The notes under the pieces: model-generated
What the model was told of the DNA's origin: nothing
Database searches by the model: none
What the model saw: only the letters and a program-made list of their open reading frames with translations
NCBI GenBank assembly: GCA_018240985.1
Contig: JAFEER010000049.1
Location: 4,440-68,439 of the forward strand
Reading direction: 5' to 3'
Length of the DNA: 64,000 nt
Source of the DNA: Pseudomonadota bacterium
GTDB taxonomy: Bacteria > Pseudomonadota > Gammaproteobacteria > Burkholderiales > Burkholderiaceae_C
Translations under genes and position numbers: made by a program
In this document: piece after piece, positions 28,329 to 38,675 of the stretch
Layout of the letters: every line of letters begins with the position of its first letter
How positions within the stretch are numbered: the first letter of the stretch is position 1

Positions 28329-31267
28329 CCGCAGCAGAAGAGGCAGCCGCCCAGGCGGAATTGCTCGAGAACGTCATCGCCACCGCGCAGCGGCTGGTCA
28401 AGGCGGAGAAGGATCAGTCCAAGATCACGCCGGCATTTATCGCCGAGAAGGTGCATCTCGCCGCGACCATGTTCGCCGGTGACTCGCCGCATGCCGTGGA
28501 CCAGGCCAAGGCAGTCGCCGCGCTGATCCAGCGGTTCAGCCATCGCATTGGCAAGTCAACCACGCTCAAGGACAACACGAACCACTTTGACTGGCTCTCA
28601 GCGGCTCGCAAGCGAGATTGGCACTACTGGCGGCGCTACCGGGACTTCTTGGAAGCCAAACTCTCCGACGTGGTGGTCGACGGATTGGACGAAGCCACCG
28701 ACGACATTCTCGGTCTGTTGGAGGATCCAAGGCGGTCCGACGACTGGGACCGCCGCGGGCTCGTCGTCGGCCACGTGCAGTCTGGCAAAACCAGCAACTA
28801 CTCCGGGCTCATCTGCAAGGCCGCCGACGCGGGCTACAAAATCATCATCGTGCTCGCGGGCATGCACAACAACCTGCGATCGCAAACCCAGATGCGGCTT
28901 GAAGAAAGCTTCCTGGGATACGAGACGACGATCGACCGCGATCCTGGCATGCCCATCGGCGTGGCCGAGTTCGGGGAGGACTTGAAGACGAACTCCGCGA
29001 CTACGCGAGCAGAGAACGGCGACTTCAACAAGGCCATTGCCAAACACTTCCACGGCATCTCACCCGAAGAGCGGCCCTGGCTGTTCGTGGTCAAGAAGCA
29101 GAAGACCGTCCTCACGGAATTGCTCAACTGGATCCGAACGCGCGTCGCCGACAGCGCCGATGCGGGGAGCGGGCGCAAGCTCGTGACCAAGCTGCCGCTG
29201 CTGGTCATAGACGACGAGGCGGACCACGCCTCGGTCGACACGGGCGAGCAGACCTTCAATGACGACGGGACTCCGGACGAAGAACATCAGCCGAAAACTA
29301 TCAACAGCTTGATTCGCCAGTTGTTGCACGCGTTCACGCGCAAGGCTTACGTCGGCTACACCGCCACTCCCTTCGCCAACATCTTCATCCACCACAAGGG
29401 CGCGACGACCAAAGAAGGGCCAGATCTCTTCCCGCGCGCGTTCATCATCAATCTTTCGGCGCCGTCGAACTATGTCGGGCCAGCCCGCATGTTCGGCAGG
29501 ATGACCAAGGACGGCCGCGTGGGGGCGTTGCCGCTCTCGCGAGAGATCTTGGATGTTTACGATCCGAAGACTGATTCGGGCTGGATGCCGCCCAAGCACA
29601 AGAAGACGCACGTCCCGACCTACGACGGGCAGGAGATCATCCCGCCCTCGCTTCGCGAGGCAGTTTGCGTGTTCGTGCTCTCCTGCGCAGTCCGACAACT
29701 GCGCGGCCAAGGCGATCAGCACAGCTCCATGCTGATCCACGTCACGCGCCTGAACGACGTGCAATCCCATGTGCGCGAGCAGGTCGAAGAAGCCGTCCGC
29801 CGCATGCGACAGAAGATAACTAGAAACATCGACGCCGACGGGCTGCTGAATCAATTGCGAGATCTCTGGGAAAGGGACTTCCTTCCCGTCAGCAGCCAAG
29901 TGGCGGAGCTTTCGCCGCTCGAGGAGCGCCCGCCAGCGATGCCCAGCTGGGAAGCGGTCCTCGGCGCCTTGCCCGAAGTGTTGGACGACATCGAAGTTCG
30001 CTCGATCAACGGCACGGCGAAGGATGCCCTCGACTATGCGACGCCGGGCGCGGCGCTGAAGGTGATCGCGGTCGGCGGCGACAAACTGGCTCGGGGCCTG
30101 ACGTTGGAAGGCCTTTGCGTGAGCTACTTCGTGCGCACCACGAAGATGTATGACACGCTCATGCAGATGGGACGTTGGTTCGGATACCGGCCGGGCTATC
30201 TGGATTTGTGCCGTCTCTACACGTCGCCGGACCTTGTGAAGTGGTTCGCCCACATCGCCGACGCATCGGAGGAACTCCGCGAGGAGTTTGATTTCATGGC
30301 CGATGCCAAGCTGACCCCGGAGCAATACGGCCTCAAGGTGATGTCGCACCAGGTGCTCACGGTGACCTCGCCGTTGAAGATGCGGAACTCGGAAACGCTC
30401 TCGCTGACTTACAGCGGCACCCGGCCTCAAACCATCCTCTTCCATCGAGACGCAAAGATTCAGGAGCGCAACCTCGCAGCCACCGATGCCTTGATCGATT
30501 CCCTCGGCGACGCGTGGAAAGCCGACGGCTTGAAATACGACCGCGGTGGCAGTCCAGATTCTTGGCCAAACGCGCGGGTCTGGAAGGACGTGGATGTGAG
30601 AAAGGTGCTGGCCTTCCTCAGCGCATACACGACGCATCCAAACGCCACGAGCGCTAAGGCTGCCGTGCTCTCGGAATTCATTGGCAAGATGAACGAGACG
30701 GGACAGTTGCTCCAATGGAGCGTTGCGTTGCTCGGTGGCGGGCTGGGCAAAGGCGATTCGCACACATTCCCGAACGGCGCTGCATCCGCAACCTATTCAA
30801 TTCGCAAGACGGAAGATCCGGAGGATCCCGAGCGGGTCGATTCCAAGAGCTTTGCCATCGGCGTACTCACGGACCCCAAGGACGAAGGCATCGATGTCGG
30901 CGACGACGTTTGGCGAGACGCCCTGGCTCGCACCCGCGAAGTCTGGAAGCCTGAGCCTGGTCGCGGTCGAATCACTCCGCCAGATTTCCCGAGCGGCAAG
31001 GGCCTGCGCGAAGCAAAGGGGAAGCTCGGCGGCGATGTGAACCGGGGGCTCCTCCTCCTCTATCCCCTCACGCCCTACTTCTACAAAGATAAGGATAAGG
31101 ACGAGGACAAGTCGCGAAGCAAGGAGGCCGAGCGCCTGATCGTCCCGGGATGGAGCAAGCCCATCCTGGCGTTCGCCATCGCGTTCCCCACCAGTGACAG
31201 GCCGATCGAAGTGGAATACGAAGTGAACCTTCTCTACTGGATGCAGGAATATGGCCCGTCCGAGTGA
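28325..31267 (+). CDS. mzaC: MzaC, Z1-domain SF2-like protein
   Basis: GHVQSGKT, VIDDEAD, YVGYTATP, RGLTLEGL, YDTLMQMGRWFGYR. Confidence 0.9.
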   Translation: MTAAEEAAAQAELLENVIATAQRLVKAEKDQSKITPAFIAEKVHLAATMFAGDSPHAVDQAKAVAALIQRFSHRIGKSTTLKDNTNHFDWLSAARKRDWHYWRRYRDFLEAKLSDVVVDGLDEATDDILGLLEDPRRSDDWDRRGLVVGHVQSGKTSNYSGLICKAADAGYKIIIVLAGMHNNLRSQTQMRLEESFLGYETTIDRDPGMPIGVAEFGEDLKTNSATTRAENGDFNKAIAKHFHGISPEERPWLFVVKKQKTVLTELLNWIRTRVADSADAGSGRKLVTKLPLLVIDDEADHASVDTGEQTFNDDGTPDEEHQPKTINSLIRQLLHAFTRKAYVGYTATPFANIFIHHKGATTKEGPDLFPRAFIINLSAPSNYVGPARMFGRMTKDGRVGALPLSREILDVYDPKTDSGWMPPKHKKTHVPTYDGQEIIPPSLREAVCVFVLSCAVRQLRGQGDQHSSMLIHVTRLNDVQSHVREQVEEAVRRMRQKITRNIDADGLLNQLRDLWERDFLPVSSQVAELSPLEERPPAMPSWEAVLGALPEVLDDIEVRSINGTAKDALDYATPGAALKVIAVGGDKLARGLTLEGLCVSYFVRTTKMYDTLMQMGRWFGYRPGYLDLCRLYTSPDLVKWFAHIADASEELREEFDFMADAKLTPEQYGLKVMSHQVLTVTSPLKMRNSETLSLTYSGTRPQTILFHRDAKIQERNLAATDALIDSLGDAWKADGLKYDRGGSPDSWPNARVWKDVDVRKVLAFLSAYTTHPNATSAKAAVLSEFIGKMNETGQLLQWSVALLGGGLGKGDSHTFPNGAASATYSIRKTEDPEDPERVDSKSFAIGVLTDPKDEGIDVGDDVWRDALARTREVWKPEPGRGRITPPDFPSGKGLREAKGKLGGDVNRGLLLLYPLTPYFYKDKDKDEDKSRSKEAERLIVPGWSKPILAFAIAFPTSDRPIEVEYEVNLLYWMQEYGPSE

Positions 31268-32261
31268 AGAGTTCTTGTTGGCTTGGTCTTCGCTGTCTGG
31301 GCGTGATCTTTCGCCTGGATGGCAGGCCATCGCTTTGCCGCCCGCAGGGCCTGTCAGCGTTCACGCCGGTCGACGCTCGCCCGACAACGCGGAAGCGATC
31401 CTCCTTACGTTTCGTTCGATTCGACTCGCGCCCGCGGAAAAGCTTCCGGAGGGCCAAGGCTTCAGCGTCGAGCGCGCGGACCCCGATGCCGCAGGCCAAT
31501 TGCGGCTCGCGCTGACGCGACGGGCCGCCGGCAGCGCCGAGCTATTCGCCGCGATGGCCTGCGATGTGGTTGGGGCGCTGGATGAAGCCGCCGCCGCAGG
31601 AGCGGCAGAGCCGAAGCTGCTTCAAGCGTTCCTTGGTCGCGTGGGAGCATGGCAGGAGTTCATGCGCAAAGGCTCGCAGTCCCTGAGCCCCGAGGCGGAG
31701 GTCGGCCTTGTGGGCGAGCTCACGATGCTGCGGGCGATCATCGACGAAGGCATGGCGTTGAACTCCGCGATTGAATCTTGGGTCGGCCCTCTCGATGGCG
31801 TCAGGGACTTCGAGATTGGAACCGGAGCGGTGGAAGTCAAAGCCACGCTGTCGACGGCGGGCTTCCCCGCCAGGATCGGATCGCTCGAGCAGCTCGACGA
31901 CTCCGCGCGCCAGCCGCTGTTTCTCGCATGCGCGCGGCTGCGCCAGGTTGAGAGTGGGCGAAGCCTGCCGGACTTGGTGGCGGAGATGCGCGACGTCGCC
32001 GCGGGCGAACCCGAGGCCGTGCGCCTGCTGAACGAGCGGCTGATCGCCGCGGGCTACTTCGACGCCCACGCGGACCGTTACATCCGCCGATTCACGCTGG
32101 CTGACACTCGCGTCGTCGAAGTCATAGAAGGCTTCCCCCGCCTCACGCCAGGCAGCGTCCCGCTGGGCGTCACGAAAGCCTCTTACGAGATCGATCTGGA
32201 CAAGGCCGCTGGACCGAGCATCCCGGCCGCGGATGCATTGAAGAAATTAGGAGCGATATGA
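31251..32261 (+). CDS. mzaD: MzaD, DUF4420 PD-(D/E)xK protein
   Basis: GLVGEL, SWVGP...RDF...AVEVKAT, IGSLEQLD. Confidence 0.88.
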   Translation: MARPSEEFLLAWSSLSGRDLSPGWQAIALPPAGPVSVHAGRRSPDNAEAILLTFRSIRLAPAEKLPEGQGFSVERADPDAAGQLRLALTRRAAGSAELFAAMACDVVGALDEAAAAGAAEPKLLQAFLGRVGAWQEFMRKGSQSLSPEAEVGLVGELTMLRAIIDEGMALNSAIESWVGPLDGVRDFEIGTGAVEVKATLSTAGFPARIGSLEQLDDSARQPLFLACARLRQVESGRSLPDLVAEMRDVAAGEPEAVRLLNERLIAAGYFDAHADRYIRRFTLADTRVVEVIEGFPRLTPGSVPLGVTKASYEIDLDKAAGPSIPAADALKKLGAI

Positions 32262-34039
32262 GTTCAACCCTGCCGGACTTCCTGCGCGAGACACAGTCCG
32301 CCGTCAGATCTCAAATGCGCGAGGGCGCGCTGTATGAAGAGCTGGTCTTCGCCGGCATCGTGATGGATCACATGGCGGAGATCGGCATGACCTTCGAGCC
32401 GGTCGAGTGCCACTACGAGGGCACGGTGGGCAACGCCATCCTGCGGCTGAGTGGCTACTCGATCTCCGACGACACCGATCAGCTCGATTTGTTCGTCAGC
32501 CTGTACACCGGTGTCGACGAGCCTACGCCGATCCCCGACTCCGAAACGAAGGTGGCCGCCGAGCGCTGCCTGCGCTTCCTGACGCTGTGCGCCGAGGGAA
32601 AGATGGCCCAGCGGCTGGATCAGTCCAGCGATGTGGCCTCTCTGGCCAACACCCTGCAGCACATCTACAACGACCTCGAACAGGTCCGCGTCTACGTCAT
32701 CACCGACCGGGTCGCCAAGTCCAAGAGCTTCAAGACGCGTGACATCGGCGGCAAGGCCGTGCGCCTGGAAGTGATGGACATCGAGCGCCTTCACCGACAC
32801 ACCTCCGAAGGCAAGCCGCGCGACGAGCTGGTGGTCGACTTCAAAGAGGTGTCCGGCTCTCCCCTGCCATGCGTCTATGTGCCGGGCGAAAGCGACGACT
32901 ACGACTACGCCATGACAGCGGTTCCCGGTGAAGCGCTGCGGCTGCTCTACGAGAAGTTCGGCGCGCGCCTCCTGGAGGCCAACGTCCGTTCCTTCCTCAG
33001 CGTCAAGGGCAAGGGCGTCAACGCCGGCATCCAGTCGACGCTCCGCGCCGCGCCCGAGCGCTTCATGGCCTACAACAACGGCATCGTCATCGTGGCCGAC
33101 GAAATGGTGCTGGGAAAGACCACCGAGGGCGAGCAAGGCATCGCCTGGCTCAAGGGCCTTCAGATCGTCAACGGCGGGCAGACCACGGCCTCGCTCTACT
33201 TCACCAAGAAGAAGTATCCCGACACCGACCTGAGCCGCGTCCGCGTGCCCGCGAAGATCATCGTCATGAAAGCGCAGGACTCCGCCAAGGAAGAGGCTCT
33301 GGTGTCGGACATCTCGCGCTACGCAAACAGCCAGAACGCCGTCCGCCAGTCTGACCTCTCGGCCAACAAACCCTTCCATGTCGAGATCGAGAAGCTCTCG
33401 CGCTCGGTCTACTGCCCTGACGGCGTCGGCCAATGGTTCTACGAGCGCGCGGCCGGCAGCTACAACACTCTGCTCACCCGCGAGGGCAACACGCCGGCCC
33501 GCCTGAAAGCGTTGAAGGACGCCATCCCCACCGCGCGGCGCGTAACCAAGACCGACCTGGCCAAATACCTCAACGCCTGGGACTGCAAGCCCGACATCGT
33601 GAGCATGGGTTCGCAGAAGAACTTTGACCGCTTCATGGCCGCGCTCTCGCCGGCCGACGGCCAAGAAGCACCGCTGCCCAATGTGGCCGATTTCAAGGCC
33701 ATGATTGCCAAGGCCAAGCTCTACCGCGACGCCCAAAAGCTTCTGCGGCCGATGTTCCAGGCATTCCAGGCCAACGTCACGGCCTACACGATCTCCGTCC
33801 TTGCGGAGAAGCTCGGCTCGCGCATCGACCTGAGCCGCATCTGGGAGAAGCAAGCGGTTTCGCCGGAGCTCATGGAGCAGCTCGCAACCTGGGCCAAGGA
33901 GGTGAACGACACGCTGCACGCCACCTCCGGTGGGCGCATGGTATCGGAGTGGGCCAAGCGGCCGGAGTGCAAGGATGCGGTGATGGGCGCGAATTACTCG
34001 GAGCCCGCCGACGGCATCCCGGAGGTCAAGGCCGCCTGA
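32258..34039 (+). CDS. mzaE: MzaE, AIPR-family protein
   Basis: LLEANVRSFL, FMAYNNGI, LQIVNGGQTT, YANSQN. Confidence 0.9.
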   Translation: MSSTLPDFLRETQSAVRSQMREGALYEELVFAGIVMDHMAEIGMTFEPVECHYEGTVGNAILRLSGYSISDDTDQLDLFVSLYTGVDEPTPIPDSETKVAAERCLRFLTLCAEGKMAQRLDQSSDVASLANTLQHIYNDLEQVRVYVITDRVAKSKSFKTRDIGGKAVRLEVMDIERLHRHTSEGKPRDELVVDFKEVSGSPLPCVYVPGESDDYDYAMTAVPGEALRLLYEKFGARLLEANVRSFLSVKGKGVNAGIQSTLRAAPERFMAYNNGIVIVADEMVLGKTTEGEQGIAWLKGLQIVNGGQTTASLYFTKKKYPDTDLSRVRVPAKIIVMKAQDSAKEEALVSDISRYANSQNAVRQSDLSANKPFHVEIEKLSRSVYCPDGVGQWFYERAAGSYNTLLTREGNTPARLKALKDAIPTARRVTKTDLAKYLNAWDCKPDIVSMGSQKNFDRFMAALSPADGQEAPLPNVADFKAMIAKAKLYRDAQKLLRPMFQAFQANVTAYTISVLAEKLGSRIDLSRIWEKQAVSPELMEQLATWAKEVNDTLHATSGGRMVSEWAKRPECKDAVMGANYSEPADGIPEVKAA

Positions 34040-34077
34040 TCAGCGGATCGGGGCGGCCGGGCGTATCCTTATCCACC

Positions 34078-34551
34078 ATGGCCGATGTCGTCAGCCCCGC
34101 CAAGCGTAGCCAGATGATGTCCGGCATCAAAGGCAAGAACTCCCTGCCCGAGATGCTGGTCCGCAAAGCGCTGTTTGCGATGGGCCACCGCTTCCGGCTG
34201 CATCGGCGCGATTTGCCGGGCACGCCCGACATCGCCGTGCCGGGCCGAAAAATTGCGATCTTCGTGCACGGTTGCTTCTGGCACGCCCACCAGGGATGCA
34301 AATTCGCGAAGACGCCGTCGACGCGGACAGACTTCTGGACAGCCAAGCTGCAGGGCAATGTCGATCGGGACCGGCGCGTGGCCGACAAGCTCGCGGAGAT
34401 GGGCTGGCGGGTGCTCAACGTCTGGGAGTGCTCTACGCGCGATCCTGCAGCCGCCGAGGGCCTGCCCGATGCCCTGCGGGATTGGATTGACAGCGGCGCA
34501 CCCACTGGCGAGATCAGCGCCCAGAACTTGGCGGCAGCCCGGCAGGATTGA
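34078..34551 (+). CDS. vsr: Very short patch repair endonuclease
   Basis: MADVVSPAKRSQMMS...PE...LPGTPDI...FVHGCFWHAH...FWTAKL...VWEC. Confidence 0.95.
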   Translation: MADVVSPAKRSQMMSGIKGKNSLPEMLVRKALFAMGHRFRLHRRDLPGTPDIAVPGRKIAIFVHGCFWHAHQGCKFAKTPSTRTDFWTAKLQGNVDRDRRVADKLAEMGWRVLNVWECSTRDPAAAEGLPDALRDWIDSGAPTGEISAQNLAAARQD

Positions 34552-34554
34552 ACG

Positions 34555-34580
34555 GGATGGCACGCTATAACGTGCCATCC
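34555..34580. terminator. Perfect 10-bp hairpin right after vsr
   Basis: GGATGGCACG CTATAA CGTGCCATCC; no clear U-tract. Confidence 0.45.
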
Positions 34581-34843
34581 ACCTCCAAATCCAAGCTGCC
34601 ATGCAGCCCCTTCGTCGAGACTCTTGCGCATCCCAGTGGACGTGAGCGTGCAGCTCGGTGCCGCGAGCAAGCAATCCAGCGCTTTATAGCGGCTGCTGCT
34701 GCCAGGGCGTGCAAACGGATCGGTAGTCGGTTTGACAGCGTCTTGCTGCTCAACGCAGCAGCCGAGAACGCCGGAAATCGACCTCAGCAGTGGCTGGCCC
34801 CGCAGCTTCCCTGAAACTCAGCTAAACAAACAAGCTTTCGGCA

Positions 34844-35590
34844 TCAAAGGACTGATGCTGACTGGGCAGGATGCAAATCTGCATCCTTGAGTTGGGAATA
34901 TATTCTGAAGATGTTCCCAATCGACGTTTTGTCTCCGCGCACCAACCTCCAACCCAACCTATCCATCCCAGAAGCAAACGTAGCTTGATTGCAACCGCTA
35001 TCCCGCAGGAAAAGCATCATGTCGTAGGATGTAACGCCATTACTAAAACCGTCGAGCGCTAAAAACTCGTTCCTGCGGACCATTTCGGCGTAATCATTGA
35101 ACGCCTGACTGCCCACGAATGAGCGACGAGACTGCAGACTCGAATAGCCCTCTTTTGTTTTGATCGACCTCTCTGCCCAGAATTCAGCATATCTAGAGGA
35201 GTGATCAATAACAATTAAACCGCCTGCCGATATATTCAAATGTTCCGACCAGTTAGTGCAGCCTATTATCAAGTCCTTGGTGAATTTTGACCTCGGATAT
35301 TGACTTCTCAGAAGCCCGAGAGTGCAGCGATAGAGCGACGCCCACCCTCGAACAACCTTAACCAGATGAGGCTTTGGAACTCTGTCGAATATTCCTTTTT
35401 CCTGGCGATTCAATCTTCCTAAAAATATCCTGTGTATCTCCAAAAAGCTATTAAGCAGATCGGCGTCCGAGGCGTCTTCTTTTGTGCTGTAGACCCAGTT
35501 TGCCGCCGTCAGATCATTGAATAGGAACAAGAATTTCTCATTGTCCACGGCAATTCTGCAATTGCCGTTTGTTCGATGGGATGCGCTCAT
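34844..35590 (-). CDS. Hypothetical protein (low GC)
   Basis: 248-aa ORF, visibly more AT-rich than the flanking mza genes. Confidence 0.65.
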   Translation of the reverse strand: MSASHRTNGNCRIAVDNEKFLFLFNDLTAANWVYSTKEDASDADLLNSFLEIHRIFLGRLNRQEKGIFDRVPKPHLVKVVRGWASLYRCTLGLLRSQYPRSKFTKDLIIGCTNWSEHLNISAGGLIVIDHSSRYAEFWAERSIKTKEGYSSLQSRRSFVGSQAFNDYAEMVRRNEFLALDGFSNGVTSYDMMLFLRDSGCNQATFASGMDRLGWRLVRGDKTSIGNIFRIYSQLKDADLHPAQSASVL

Positions 35591-35620
35591 GTCTGCCGGC
35601 TCAACTCCAGACGAAAGACG

Positions 35621-36088
35621 CTACCAACCGCGCCAACCCCAATCCCGCGCAACGGCAGCCCGTTCTTCAATTCCCAGTTCCGCTATTACGTCCGCCGGCA
35701 AGTCGGAAGTGGTTTCTGGCGTTATTGAAAGCGTTTTACGCACAGCGCCTATAACGCCCACAAATTCCCCCGCGATACTCACGTAATCTGGCCCATTTGG
35801 TGAAAACACAGGCACACTGATTGTCGCGCCATGGCCCTTACTCACATTGAACATCGGCACCGGCTTTCCAGCAGAAAGAATATGTACGGACGCGGTACTC
35901 ATAGCTGTCCGAGCGTTTTTGGGACCGCTGGCCTCATCAATGGCAAATGAGATGTTATTACCCTGAATAATTACATCCAGTGTCCCCTCCTGGTTGTTGG
36001 ATTCAAATTCATACAAAGCGCCTATCAAGTAAACGCTGCGAATTCTGAATATCGAAACATGTTGAACGCGAGCTTCAATCTTGTTCAT
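35621..36088 (-). CDS. Hypothetical protein (low GC)
   Basis: 155-aa ORF, co-oriented 30 bp upstream of the 248-aa ORF. Confidence 0.55.
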   Translation of the reverse strand: MNKIEARVQHVSIFRIRSVYLIGALYEFESNNQEGTLDVIIQGNNISFAIDEASGPKNARTAMSTASVHILSAGKPVPMFNVSKGHGATISVPVFSPNGPDYVSIAGEFVGVIGAVRKTLSITPETTSDLPADVIAELGIEERAAVARDWGWRGW

Positions 36089-36320
36089 TGCGACATTCCT
36101 TCATTGAGTAAGGGGTGGACATTGGCAATCTTTACCGAAGAGCATGATCGCGTAAAAATTTCAACCGCGCGTCCTTACATTTGATGAAAACGAAGAATTG
36201 CAGTCGGTGGCGACCAACAAGAACACCCTTCCCGTCGGCTCCCACTTTCTAATCGCGCCGGTTTCGATGGTGCTGTAACTGGGAATTCCGTGCTCACGAG
36301 ACGCTGGACCGCGTGCTCAG

Positions 36321-36587
36321 GTGGCGGAATACGCAACTCTTGCCCGCGAACTCGGCTAAGGCTCGCATTCCTACCTGACAGCAGGCGGTCATCGATCACA
36401 ATCGAGCCCAGACGGCTCGTGGGGCATGCCACTCGCACGACTACTGCGACGCGAACATAGCCCTCCACGAAATCTTCCTGCGGCACAGCACGGGTCCGCC
36501 GCGGTGGGCGACATGGACCTCTACGGCGCGCTATGGGACCAAACATGGAACCTAGCCAAGGGACAGGAGTTCCGAATCGCCGGCTGA
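36321..36587 (+). pseudogene. Decayed small mobile-element gene with a CHSHDYCDAN motif
   Basis: Three frame pieces: LARELG*, QAVIDHNRAQTARGACHSHDYCDANIALHEIF and DMDLYGALWDQTWNLAK...*. Confidence 0.5.
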
Positions 36588-36606
36588 CCGGCGCCGAGCA
36601 GATGCC

Positions 36607-38169
36607 TCACCGCTTGCGCGGGGAGGCCATGAAGTCGAAAATGATCTGGCCGATCTGCTTGGCCAGCAGCGGCGGGACGGCATTGCCTATCTGGCCGTAT
36701 TGCTCCGTCCGGTTCCCCTCGAAGAAGTAGTTGTCGGGAAAGGTCTGCAAGCGAGCAGCCTCACGCGCGGTCAGGCTGCGGCACTGGCCCGGATCCGGGT
36801 GGATGTAGTAGTGCCCGTCCTTCTTGATGTGGGCTACCACCGTCGACGACGGATGCTTGCCCATCTGGACCCGGAAGCGGTCCTTGAAGGGAATCGTCTC
36901 CTTTTCCACGTTCACATGGTCGGGCATCAGCTTTGGCGGGAAGTTGCGCAGGTCCGGAGGATATTTTTGCGTTGCAGCGAAACAGGCGGCGAACATGTAG
37001 CGATGCAGATCAGAGCGCATGTGACTACGTGTCTCATGTTGCAAGACACCGCCGAGCTTTGGATCCAGATACCAGTCCTGCAAATTTTGAGGCATGTATC
37101 CACCAGGAGCAACGACTGCTTCAACGAACGATGCACCGAAGGTTGTTTGCCTTTCGGCTTTCTTGATGAACTTCTCCATGGCAGCCTCGATGACACTGCG
37201 CGCCGGCACGCGCCAGCCCACCAACGTGCTCGGAGACTCTTTTACGGCCTTGATCCAGGCTTCTTTCGAATCGGGCTCTTTGGACAAGCGGCTGCGCAGC
37301 TCCGGCAGGCCGGCCAACGCAGCGCTCACACCGACCTTCTTGGTCAGCTTGCGAAGCAGGAAGGATTCGGGACGCTCCTTGAGCGCAGGTGTCGCCGCCG
37401 CCACGTCTGAACGGATGCCAAAGAGGATCACCCGGTGCCGGCTCTGCGGGATGCCGTGGTCGTCGGCCTCGATCACGTAGTCTTTGGGGTCGAGCTCACC
37501 CTCCGCCTTGTGGACCACAAGCGAGCGCACCTCATAGCTTAGGCCGGCCTTGGGTGCTTTCAAGTCAGCGAGGATCTGCTCGAAGATGCGCTTGCCGGAG
37601 TTGGTGGAGTTCAGCATCCCCTTGACGTTCTCCATCACGAAGACCGCAGGGGCGAACTGCTGAATGATCCGCAGGTATTCGATGTAAAGAAAGTGCTTGG
37701 CGTCGGCCTCAAACTTCTTCACGTCCTTGCTGCGCAGCCGAGATCGGCCGGCCAGTGAGTAGGCTTGGCAGGGCGGCCCTCCGATAAGCACCCAATCGGT
37801 CTGGTCGACCAGCGCTTCCCGAATCCAGCCATCGACCTCTTTGGACGCAGTAACGCCGAGCTCCGCGCAGCGAGCTTCCTTGGCTGCGTGCTCCGCGGCG
37901 GCCTTGATGTCAGGGTGGGCCAGTAACTGCTCGCGACTGATCTTGCCGCGAACGTAGTCGTAATAGCAGGCAGGGACTTTGCCATTGCGGAACTTGCGGA
38001 AGATGGCCCGAAGCAGCAGGGTGCGGTGCGCGACGGGATCCTTCTCGATGGAGACCTTGACGGCGAAACGACGCTCGCCGGTCGCATCCACGACAGACGA
38101 AAACCCTTCGCACAGTCCTCCCGGTCCGGCGAACAAGTCGATCACCGGAATCGCTCTGCGCTGAGTCAT
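36607..38169 (-). CDS. dcm: C5 DNA cytosine methyltransferase
   Basis: IDLFAGPGG, GGPPCQ, MENVKG, QSRHRV, REAARLQTFP, QIGNAVPP; ATG at 38169. Confidence 0.95.
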   Translation of the reverse strand: MTQRRAIPVIDLFAGPGGLCEGFSSVVDATGERRFAVKVSIEKDPVAHRTLLLRAIFRKFRNGKVPACYYDYVRGKISREQLLAHPDIKAAAEHAAKEARCAELGVTASKEVDGWIREALVDQTDWVLIGGPPCQAYSLAGRSRLRSKDVKKFEADAKHFLYIEYLRIIQQFAPAVFVMENVKGMLNSTNSGKRIFEQILADLKAPKAGLSYEVRSLVVHKAEGELDPKDYVIEADDHGIPQSRHRVILFGIRSDVAAATPALKERPESFLLRKLTKKVGVSAALAGLPELRSRLSKEPDSKEAWIKAVKESPSTLVGWRVPARSVIEAAMEKFIKKAERQTTFGASFVEAVVAPGGYMPQNLQDWYLDPKLGGVLQHETRSHMRSDLHRYMFAACFAATQKYPPDLRNFPPKLMPDHVNVEKETIPFKDRFRVQMGKHPSSTVVAHIKKDGHYYIHPDPGQCRSLTAREAARLQTFPDNYFFEGNRTEQYGQIGNAVPPLLAKQIGQIIFDFMASPRKR

Positions 38170-38344
38170 CAGTTCTGCTATCTTTGTATCAGTGGACCTC
38201 GGCCGCAGAGCTCCGAACTTGGATGCCAAGCCGGCTCTCAGGGCCTTTGTTGAATCATAAAATTTTATCTGATCCGCGCATCGGCGGGCATAAGGCGCCC
38301 AGCGAACCAGGCGACTTGGCTGGCGTCCGATGGCGAGATGTCGG

Positions 38345-38520
38345 TCAGCCTCTCTCATCCTCCGCGACCAACTTGCAAAGCAGCATTATTGCCTCGCGCT
38401 TCGTCGCCAAGCCGAGCATGTATTCGCAGATGCGGACTGCGTCCTTGGCTGCCGGGAAAATCGCCATCGGGTCGTTTTCGATGGCCTTGATACCAGAGGC
38501 GCACCGTTCGTTTTACCACC
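38345..38520 (-). pseudogene. Remnant resembling the ArdC/TraC zincin-like C-terminus
   Basis: The frame reads W*NERCASGIKAIENDPMAIFPAAKDAVRICEYMLGL, similar to the ArdC-type C-terminal helix motif. Confidence 0.4.
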
Positions 38521-38675
38521 AGGATCTAGACACGGGCTTTGCCGCCAACACCATAGCCAGCCTAACAACCTTGCCTCGCCGCGCGGCTGGCTTGGCGCGT
38601 ACCCTGCTTAGCCAAGCTGCCAACGACTATGAGGCAACGGTGGCTAGCGATGCGCATCGCGTGTACTTGGCCTAG

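Noticed and set aside
29060-33919. Long antisense ORFs 29060-30763 and 32264-33919
   Set aside because: Shadow frames opposite high-GC mzaC and mzaE; no motifs.
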